Source: Octopus bimaculoides
Lineage: Eukaryota
Assembly: GCF_001194135.2 (NCBI RefSeq)
Contig: NC_068984.1
Location: 73,185,646 to 73,249,157, forward strand
Direction of reading: 5' to 3'
Length of the DNA stretch: 63,512 nucleotides
Shown: in pieces, positions 54,036-63,512 of the stretch
Numbering within the stretch: the stretch's first letter is position 1
How the letters are laid out: each line of letters begins with the position of its first letter
Made by a program: the position numbers and the translations under genes
The notes under the pieces: generated by a model
Databases searched by the model: none
Told to the model about the DNA's origin: nothing
Seen by the model: only the letters and a program-made list of their open reading frames with translations

Positions 54036-54457
54036 GTACATATGCATATGAGGGGTTGTATGTGTGTAAAAATATATACCAGTATAAATACATAGTAATA
54101 TATGCGTATAGATGTGTGTCTGTACGTATATATTAAGAAGTGACGGAAGATTTTAAAAAATAGATTGATTGACCACGACGTTAATACGATAATAAATGGA
54201 TGTTATTAAAATCATAGACCTGGAGATATTGAATGTGACACAGTAACTCTATATTAAGCCGTCTATCATATCACAGATGTATTGTTTAGTCAACGACATT
54301 CATCAATTGCTAATGAAGACAGGAGTGGATAGAGAATATGTTATGCATACATTAGTATATATACGTATTGCACACACACAACACAGAGAGAGAAAGACAT
54401 ACATACATATATATATGTGTGCGTGTGTTTGTGTGTGTGTGTGTGGGTGTGTATAGT

Positions 54458-54502
54458 GGAGGCGCGTGGCTTAGTGGTTAGGGTGTCAGCATCATGGTCG
54501 CA
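54458..54502 (+). mobile_element. tRNA-SINE head stub abutting a mariner MITE
   Basis: ggaggcgcgtggcttagtggttagggtg. Confidence 0.6.
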
Positions 54503-54506
54503 TATA

Positions 54507-55340
54507 CGAGGTCTGATCACTAAATATACGGACTGTTGCCATAGTAACAAACTAAGCATGCAGAATAAAGTCACTTGGCACAAATTGACACTGAAATTTG
54601 CTGTGCATGCGCACTAAGTTTTAACATTCTAGCTCACGTCCACTGTTTGCAGCAGTGCTTGGAAGGATTGTGTGTAGCGAGTAATCGACGCATTGATCAT
54701 GACGATACCAGCTAAGCGTTTTACGCAAAGTTGTAGAAATGTATGGAGACGAGTGTATGAGCCGCACACATGTGTACGAGTGGTTCAGACGTTTCCAAGA
54801 TGGCCGCAAAAATATCGATATTGACGACATTTGACGACAGATGTGAGTGCAGCTGTGAGGAAATCGTCGAATCACCATCTGTAAGTTATCAGAGTATGTG
54901 CAGATTAGTTGCGGTTAAGTTCAGTCCATTATCACTGAAGATTTGGGTATGAGATGTATGTCTGCTAAGTTTGTGCCAAAACTGCTTTCAGCTACCCAAA
55001 AATCACTCGGTCTTCAATTGCAGAAGATCGCCTTGATTGTTTTGAGAACGATGAAAACTTTAAAACTTTGCGTAGGTCTCTAGGCAGGTATCGACAAGCT
55101 TTTGACACAGTTTGCTACAGATTCTCTGGTCAACTTTTTCTGTCATGATCAATACGATGACCACATGCTATACATCTTCCTTCCAAGCACTGATCTAAAC
55201 AACGAAAGTGAGCTAGAACGTTAAAACTTAGAGTGCATGCGCAACAAATTTCAAGGTCAATCTGTGCCAAGCGGCTTTACTCTCCGTGCTTTGGCTTCGT
55301 TACTATAGCAACAGTCCGGATACTTAATGATCATACTACG
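54507..55340. mobile_element. Long-inverted-arm mariner derivative, copy 2
   Basis: TA|CGAGGTCTGATCA ... TGATCATACTACG|TA; collinear with 19505-20322. Confidence 0.9.
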
Positions 55341-55684
55341 TATATACATACGTATGTGCTCAGACACAGATATATATNNNNNNNNNNNNNNNNNNNNNNN
55401 NNNNNNNNNNNNNNNNNNNNNNNNNNNNNNNNNNNNNNNNNNNNNNNNNNNNNNNNNNNNNNNNNNNNNNNNNNNNNNNNNNNNNNNNNNNNNNNNNNNN
55501 NNNNNNNNNNNNNNNNNNNNNNNNNNNNNNNNNNNNNNNNNNNNNNNNNNNNNNNNNNNNNNNNNNNNNNNNNNNNNNNNNNNNNNNNNNNNNNNNNNNN
55601 TATATATATATATATATACACATGCACACACACACACAGACACACACACAGACACACAGACACACACACTCATATATATGTATC

Positions 55685-56090
55685 TTTTGTCTATTACTTT
55701 TTTCAGTCATGAGATTGTGGCTATGCTGGGGAACCGCCTAGAAGTGTCTTAGTCGAGTCAATCGACCTCAGAACTTACTTTTATTTTAAGCCTGATAGAC
55801 ATTGCGTCAGTTTCTCATGCCAAACTACAAAGTTACGGGACATAAATACACCAACATGGGCTGTCAAACACAGACATAAAGACACACCCACACTCACACT
55901 CACACGCACGCACAGACATACACATAATACGTTTTATATAGATAGACAGATACCTACATCCATACATCCATACGTCCATCCATCTATCCATCCATCCATC
56001 CATACATACATACATGCATACATACATGCATACATACACACACAGATAAATATACGATGGTCTTCTTTCAGTTTGCGACTACCAGAATTT
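55685..56090 (-). mobile_element. Second-family SINE 3' half with internal microsatellite
   Basis: ttcagtcat..gattgtggctatgctgg..accgcc...aatcgacctcagaacttac...aagttacgggacataaatacaccaaca...microsatellite...acgatggtcttctttcagttt. Confidence 0.6.
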
Positions 56091-56330
56091 TTCTCCTTTA
56101 TCGTTTTTTTTTTTTCTTTACAATTTTATGGAGGAGTCAAGAATATAGTTTAGTAATATCCCTCACTAATCTATTTCGTTGATTTCCTTTTCATCAATAT
56201 GAAACCCTTGTTTTGTGTATTAAATTTCGACTTCCAATAGTGTCCTCTGTGTCTTGCGCAGTTATCAATAGAAGAAATCACCATCGTCATCACCACTCCA
56301 CCACCATTATTATTATTATTATTGTTGTTG

Positions 56331-56403
<73 letters not shown>

Positions 56404-56904
56404 GTGATGAAAACTCACAGCTTATTTTTATGAGTATGATTGAAAGTGTCACCTGTCCCCAGCCAGAAGAGTAAGGTGACACATGTTTACTCGCCATGCT
56501 TCAACAACCCTGCAACAAATTCTTGCAGTTCCAAACAAATGCTGATTTTGTAAGTGTTCTACCTTCACACTTGCACCAATGTTTTTTCAGCTATGTTGGT
56601 AATGGAGGGCGGGTACTTCCAAGTGCACCAATTACTATTGGTATCACGTCTACTCTCTTTATTGACCACAACCTTCGTACTTCCCACTTCAAATCGTCAT
56701 AGTTATTTACTTCTTCTTCCTCTTTCACAATGATCCTGTTGTCACTGGGACATGCTATGTCGATTATCATATATGCTCTTTCTTATTTGTTCACCACAAC
56801 AATGTCCGGTTTCCGATGTCAGGTCAGGTGATCGCACTGAATCGCATCCCACAGGATTTTGCAATTCTCATTCTCGGTAACTCCTTCTTCGCTCGTTTAT
56901 CATC

Positions 56905-56905
<1 letters not shown>
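56404..56905 (-). mobile_element. R4/Dong-like LINE 3' fragment ending in (AAT)n
   Basis: EGVTENENCKILWD..CDHL..RKPDIVVVNK..YMIIDIACPSDNRI..EEVNNYDDLKWEVRRLW...VIPIVIGALGS; the 3'UTR runs into (AAT)n at ~56310-56403. Confidence 0.85.
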
Positions 56906-56950
<45 letters not shown>

Positions 56951-56974
56951 TCATTATCATTATTATTATTATTA

Positions 56975-57196
56975 AGGCGGGGAGCTGGCAGAATCGTTAG
57001 AACGGTGGACGAAATGCTTAGCGGTATTTTGTCTGCCACTACGTTTTGAGTTCAAATTCCGCCGAGGTCAACTTTGCCTTTCATCCTTTCGGGATCGATG
57101 AAATAAGTGTACCAGTTACACACTGGGGTTGACGTAATCGACTATACCCTTTCCCCCAAAAAATTTCTAGGCCTTGTGCCTAGAGTAGAAATGATT
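56975..57196 (+). mobile_element. Major tRNA-SINE, full length, 'agagtagaaa' tail, flanked by (ATT)n-type repeats
   Basis: ggcggggagctggcagaatcgttag...gagttcaaattccgccgagg...ggccttgtgcctagagtagaaatgatt. Confidence 0.9.
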
Positions 57197-57599
57197 ACCA
57201 TCATCATCATCATCATTATTATTATTAGTGATGTTGTTGTTATAATAATTATTATTACACAATAAGAAGAGCACGATCCGATGTATAGTAATAGAGATCT
57301 ATGTTGCTTTGGAGCTGAAGAGTACAACGACAGACAGTATGTCTATTTTTTTTAGGTTGAAAATAGAATAATAAAAAAGGTAGAAATACAGAAATTCAAA
57401 ATTTGAGCCTTCTTTTTTGGACAAAACGACTTCATCACTTTTCGTTTTATCATAACTTTTCAACAAGGAAAAAGTAAAACAAAAAGAAAAGAAGAGTAAA
57501 GGAATCATGAAGGTGAACACTTAACCAAAATCTGTGGTTTTATTGTGATGAAATTGTCCAATCATTTTCTTCATTCATCCGGATGTTGACTTTAGTAAG

Positions 57600-57680
57600 T
57601 CACAAATATATTTATCCTCATGTGTTTTGAGGATTGAAAGCACCATGCGTCAAAATACATGAGGATAAATATCCTTGTGA
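57600..57680 (+). other. 81-nt stem-loop (29 bp stem, 19-nt loop), pre-miRNA-like
   Basis: tcacaa-at-atatttatcctcatgtgttttga / tcaaaatacatgaggataaatat-cc-ttgtga; one G:U pair and a 2x2 internal loop. Confidence 0.45.
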
Positions 57681-58189
57681 ATTATTAGCGTCATGTCCTA
57701 CTGAAATCTGCAAAATAGCAGAATTTCATCGCATATGACATAAACTTCTTCACTAATTGTCTCTTTTCTGTTTCACTTTTCTTCCTTCTGTGTTGTTTCT
57801 TTTTCCTTGTTACCAGTAAAAAGAACGCAAAAACTGATGAAGTTATTTTGACTTAAAAAAAAAAAACAACATATTTCAGTTCAAATTTTGACTCCGTTTC
57901 TGTGTATTTTTCGTTTTTCATTTCGAACCTGAAAAAGACAGACATACTGTCGAAATATTGTTCAATTCAATAAAGAGTCAATCTCTATTTATTACAAATT
58001 ATATCGCACTCGTATTGTGCATTTACCTTCGTTAAGTGTTACGCCAGTTTTCATAAATTATTATTGTCATTATTTATTTATTGTTGTTGTTATCATTTTA
58101 TTATTATAAGAGTAGTTTTTCTTCAATCCCTGTGCGCTGAGGTTTCTCAATTACCATATATCTTTATATTTGCATAATTGTTTCTATTT

Positions 58190-58560
58190 ATTTGACAGAT
58201 ATTTGCCCATTGGAACTGATACTTTGATAAGGAAACAGATGCTTTCTTCGTTGCAACTGGCAACAATATCTGGTCGATGATCTTCATCTCGCTCTGATTG
58301 TGTAGATTTTGAGATTCCAGAGTATGGTTGATCTGTCATTCTCTGATATTTTTTCTCTCTTCTCTAAGTCAGTATTTCTGGCCAAATCAATCATGTATGC
58401 TTATGCAATTTTCCTTGATCAACCAGTCTTCTGTTTTCAAGAATTTCATGAAGATTTACATGGTAATAACGGACTTTATGCTCAGCAGAGAAGTAATGAT
58501 TTTTTTTTTCATCAGTCGCGTGTACACTCAGAGCATGTTTTACTTGCTTCATGAAGACTA
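58190..58560 (-). mobile_element. Highly decayed R4/Dong-like LINE fragment
   Basis: SENDRSTILWNLKIYT...DHRPDIV....ICFLIKVSVP. Confidence 0.65.
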
Positions 58561-59172
58561 AATACTTTCATTATCATGGGAGTTTTATCGCCTTCTCTCT
58601 ATTTTTATCAAAGCATATCTATCAAAATTGAATCTGTCTCCAGCTCTGTGAAGACAAACAATCTTGGTTATTACTACAAAGCCCAAAGAAACACATAAAC
58701 ACAAAGAAATACATTAGAATATAGCTACCCGAGTTATAATGAGGACTATGTAAACCCAACATTTGTTTTAAGCATTGATACATCTTGTGCAAACAAAACT
58801 TCGTAAATTTTTTATGCTTCTGTGAAAGAACAATTACAAAGCACTCTATATTCTATTTTATTTATGTACAATTTTAATCTTTTATTTTTTAACTGAGATA
58901 TTGACTCTTAAAACTAATAAAAAAATTTAAAAATTAGTAAGATAAAAAAGCTGAAAATTTTCAGTTTTGTTTTCTTTCATGAAAAATTTAAATACTATTA
59001 TACAACTTTGTAAAAAAATACTTTCAAGAGAGAGCGAGGGTAAGAAGTGGATCGATTGTTGCAGCGTTTAAAACAATATATCATACATTATATTTGAATT
59101 ACAATATGTCCAACACAAAGTAAATGCCTCAAACTTACAAAATTTATGTGTGGTTCATTTTATAATATACAC

Positions 59173-59253
<81 letters not shown>

Positions 59254-59758
59254 CACATCCAGACTAACTAGGGTGTGTTGTTTATAAAGCCTTCCACTTC
59301 TGTAAATATCCTATGTAGATGTCAAATGCTAAAGAGATTCGAAATTCTTTTATCGGTTAACAAAATTCTGTCAGTACAACACGGATGTCACAACCGTATC
59401 ACGTCGTTTCACCGTATCGCGGGTCATTAGGGGTAGCTAACCACACCAAATACCAGAGAGAAGATCAGTCAAACTGATAAATAATAATAATAGTCGTGTC
59501 ACAAAAGTTGGCAGGCTGTGTATGAATAAGCTACTAGCAATTAATATTTGTTACAAAAGATATATTTACGTGAGTGTGTGCGTTTGTGGGTATGTGCGTG
59601 CGTGTCTGTCTGTGTAAGCGTATATATGTATACACACACACACACGTGTGTGTGTGTGTGTTTGTATGTGTGTATTTGTGTGTATGTATGTTTATATTAC
59701 CTAGGAGTATATTTAAAGAGATCTGGCATGTTACGTTGTGGGGATTCTTCTGTTGAGA

Positions 59759-59830
59759 AACCTCCCATTTGCATAATTATCTAAAATGTTCGTCAACCTC
59801 CCATTTGCATAATTATCTAAAACGTTCGTC
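59759..59830 (+). repeat. 36-bp tandem duplication, each unit containing ATTTGCAT
   Basis: aacctcccatttgcataattatctaaaa(t/c)gttcgtc x2. Confidence 0.95.
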
Positions 59831-60004
59831 AATATAAATGGAATAACCGAGTAAATAAAACATTTTGCATATCTTAATTACTATGTAGCATATCTAATCG
59901 GGGAAAACTTTTAACAATCAAAATTAATTAATAAAATTATACAAACAAGAACTTTAAAAAGAAAGAAAAGAGCAACAACAATATTAATCAAGCGGACGAT
60001 ACGA

Positions 60005-60015
60005 TGATGGTGTTG

Positions 60016-60058
<43 letters not shown>

Positions 60059-60101
60059 AATGATGATGATGATGATGATGATGATGATGTAATAATAATT
60101 C

Positions 60102-60134
<33 letters not shown>

Positions 60135-60154
60135 CAGTAGTAGTAGTAGTAGTA

Positions 60155-60220
<66 letters not shown>

Positions 60221-60228
60221 GGTGGTAA

Positions 60229-60272
<44 letters not shown>
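60005..60272 (+). repeat. Compound trinucleotide microsatellite (GAT/AAT/TAG/CAG/TGG)
   Basis: Read directly from the sequence. Confidence 0.97.
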
Positions 60273-60899
60273 AAAATAAAATGATAATAATAGAGAAGCG
60301 TGGGGATAGGAGGATATAGTGGATGAAGAGTAAGATAAATATATCGACTATTTCATTAACGACATTGTTTGATATTTGTAACTACAGAGCGAACTAATCG
60401 TAGCAAATTGAAAATAATTTTAACAATAATTATTAAGTTCGTATTCTTGGACCAAAATAGTAATTTGAAAAGTCTGTATTTTGTTACAATCGCGTTTTTT
60501 TTGTTTGTTTGTTCTATTTTGTATACTGCGATTTTTTGTTGTTTTTCTTCTATTATTTTGCTTTATATTATTTTCCAATAAGAGACAAACAGAGAAAAAC
60601 AAACGTTAATAAAGCTAAAGTTCTAGTTGTATTTAGCAATGTATTATTGGCGCTTCGTAGCCGACTCATTTAATGTTCAAAGAAATTAACGATATCTTGG
60701 TGCCAGTAATCAAAACAGATGTTACATTGATTCTAATTTATTTTTGTCTATTTTCCCATGCCTAATGCTTCATTTTAGAGATTATTCGTTTAAATATATA
60801 ATTCAAAATTTTTTCCCAAATATTTAACTGCAATATGTATGTGTGTACATGCACGTTAATTTTAAATATATACACGTGCGTACACACAGATACACACAG

Positions 60900-60969
<70 letters not shown>

Positions 60970-62369
60970 TACACATAATATGCTTTATTTTTTACAGCTA
61001 AAATTTTTAAATTATAGGTGCAGAGACGGAAGTTAACAAGGTAAATTGTGTTAGAAATCATTTCGAAAATAATGATCATTTTCATGCAAAGCATATTTTA
61101 TTTGTATGTATTTGAGCCTAAATGTAAAAATCATCGATTATCAAATTATTTCTTATCCTTCCTGGTTTCCTTATTGAAAGGAATGATGTTTACGCTCAAA
61201 ATAATGAATCAAATATTTTGTCCAATTAGCCATCGGAGACAATAATCAATCGTATGATAATATTAGCCTGGTTTAATAAGAACAGCATATGCTTAATAGT
61301 TTAACGGATGAGATACAGGCGATTGACCGGAGACATCATGTACATTCCTAATGTTATTGATTTATGCAGTTTCGAATCCACCAGACATATGACTGAATCA
61401 CTTCTACGTTAGCTAACTCTAATAATGAAACTTTAATATAAATTTTGAAGTATATCTACATAATGTTATCAATTATCACACCAAAAACAGAAGTTTATTT
61501 AAAAATTAATAAAACGCTGAGAAGACTGTTAATGAATAAATATATTTGTCTATTTCTCGCCCTATAAAAATCTACAACTCTGTAAAGAGATGTCACTATG
61601 AACGATTGGATTGATAGATCCTCGGAAAATACTTTGAGTTATTTCGTCTAGCTCTTTACATTCTGAGTTCAAATCAAGCCTTAGTTTCCATCCATTTGTT
61701 GTTGTTGTTGTTGTTATTATTATTATTATTTTTATCATTGATGGACCTTACTGTCAATCACTTCAAAGTAGATGCATAACTTCCCGCTAAGTATTGAGGT
61801 CACTGGTATTAAATAATCTCCTCGCCTCAAAATTGCTGACTTGCACCTAAATTCGTAATCATACAGCCGTAAAGATCTGCTTTAAGTTGCAGACATGTGA
61901 GCTGACAACAAAAGAAGAGCAAGATTTATACAGACACAAGAGAATTGAAATTATGGGGGAAATAATGATATAAGACTGTCAGTAAACAGTAACACTCAGC
62001 AATTTACAGCAATACTAACTTTAAAAGAACGGGAGTAACTAAAACCAAAAATAAACCTCAAAAAGGCAAGAGGAGACCGTTGGATAGAGAGTAGCTGATG
62101 AGGCCACACGATAAGTGTGACGAAAGAAGTTTACCAAAGACAATAAAATAATAATAATAATAAAGCAGATATTAAGAACAATTATACAGTGCTTGTTTTT
62201 AATTGGCAAAATATGACATCACCGTGTGTAACGATATTTGTTTCAATTCACAATTTCACTTCAGGAGTCTTGCAAAACAAATAAATAGGTTTAAACGAAA
62301 ACAATTAGATAAAAATATATCCTGCAACGGTAAAACAATAAAAGTGGTTTTTGTCTGCCAGCTTATTTG

Positions 62370-62685
62370 TTGATTTGCAGTCTGAGGAAGTTGTTTGTTT
62401 TGAGTTCATCATTCTCAGACACTGGTGCTCAGATGCCTCGGTTCTTCGTTCTTTGTCAGATGTAAGATTCCAGTTCTCACATTTATACAGAAGGATCGAA
62501 GTCAGCAACAACTTGCAAATTTTCAGTCACTTTGGAAAACTGATGAAGTAGCTTTTCCGTATGCTGTTCAGCAGAAGTTAAACTGGTTGTTATCTCCTTT
62601 TGAGATTTGCCCTCCTTGGTCAAAGTGTTCCTTTTGTACTCAAGGGTGTCCCCTTCATCAAGTCTTTCTCCGTTCAGCATGTGTG
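62370..62685 (-). mobile_element. RTE-clade LINE RT C-terminal fragment, decayed
   Basis: LNGERLDEGDTLEYKRNTLTKEGKSQKEI and SILLYKCENWNLTSDKERRTEASEHQCLR resemble RTE LE.V..F.YLG..L...G and S.LLYGCE.W.L...RR..AFE..CLR. Confidence 0.75.
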
Positions 62686-62899
62686 TGTATGTATGTATGC
62701 ATGTATGTATTTATATGAGTATGTATGTGTATGTGTGTGTGTGTGTATGTATATGCGTATGTATATACATATATATACATACATACAAATCCTCTTAGCC
62801 CCTTGTGGCGCATAGCGCCGGTTTCCATCGCAGCTTTTTTTTACTCAAGAAACAGGAAGAAAGAATGAGAGAAAGTTGGAGCGAAAGAGTACAACAGGC

Positions 62900-63041
62900 G
62901 TCGTCACCACCACCTGCCGGAGCCTCGTGGAGCTTTAGGTGTTTTCGCTCAATAAACACACACAACGCCCGGTCTGGGAATCGAGACCGCGATCCTCCGA
63001 CCGCGAGTGCGCTGCCCTAACCACTGGGCCATTGCGCCTCC
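62900..63041 (-). mobile_element. tRNA-derived SINE (third head type)
   Basis: Minus: ggaggcgcaatggcccagtggttagggcagcgcactcgcggtcggaggatcgcggtctcgattcccagaccgggcgttg. Confidence 0.8.
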
Positions 63042-63136
63042 TCATATATATATACATACATAAATTCATGCATGCATACGCACACGCACATACATATATA
63101 CACACATACATACACATAGATAGATAGATAGATAGG

Positions 63137-63512
63137 TTTCTTTATTAGCCACACAGGGCTCAACACAGAGGGGACAAAATACAAATGTAGAGTTTTTTTT
63201 CTTTTCGATGGGGGCGAAAACAAAGCAGAAAAAAAAACAAAAGTGGGGACAACGATGAAAAAAAACATCGCAAAACTTTTGGGGTATTTACACAAAATAC
63301 GAAATAATACAGAAAATTCCCAATAAACGGGGAGTTTATCCGTGGAAAGAAAAACCTACGAAAAGACCACGGTAACCTCGGTCCTTAGTGTCACAGTTTG
63401 TTAAATAAAATTTCTTTTATTTATGCAAGAAACGTAAGTAACTCTGTTTACAAAATTTTAAAACGTTTTATAGAATCATGGTCAAGGTGGCTTCGTCATT
63501 TATACGTGCCAT
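63137..63512 (-). mobile_element. Tx1/L1-clade 3' end, continues past the window edge
   Basis: Collinear with 8708-9075 (ccacac.gggctcaaca, ccgtggaaagaaaa.cctacg.aaaagaccac.gtaacct.ggtc, ggct.cgtcatt.a.acgtgcc). Confidence 0.85.

Noticed and set aside
57835-57870. CTGATGA-AGTTA-ttt-TGACT
   Set aside because: Followed by TAAAA rather than GAAA; consistent with chance.
59385-59432. Minus-strand CTAATGA-CCCG..CGGT-GAAA-CGACGT hammerhead-like string
   Set aside because: Core G5 is mutated, the cleavage triplet would end in G and no stem I forms; at best a dead relic.

Overview
AT-rich, gap-containing (about 4 kb of N) animal genomic DNA, most likely an octopus/coleoid cephalopod; this is inferred from the microsatellite load and SINE families, not proven. 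No host protein-coding gene, rRNA, intact tRNA or CRISPR array can be supported, and nearly all long ORFs in the track are microsatellite or N-gap artefacts. The window is a retro/DNA-transposon graveyard: Penelope-like (PLE) RT/GIY-YIG fragments, three Tx1/L1-clade 3' fragments, four R4/Dong-like REL-endonuclease LINE fragments, an RTE fragment, mariner derivatives and more than 15 tRNA-SINE copies. The most notable signals are: (1) four minimal type-I hammerhead-ribozyme motifs in two divergent inverted pairs, one pair in a tRNA-headed SINE-like element (34.1-34.7 kb) and one in a 570-bp palindrome (27.7-28.3 kb), suggesting PLE-mobilised non-autonomous ribozyme retroelements; (2) a 1.6-kb ORF1-only (HAL1-like) retroelement sharing its 3' tail with the local Tx1 LINE; (3) several long inverted duplications; and (4) a pre-miRNA-like hairpin at 57.6 kb. 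All alignments were done by eye.
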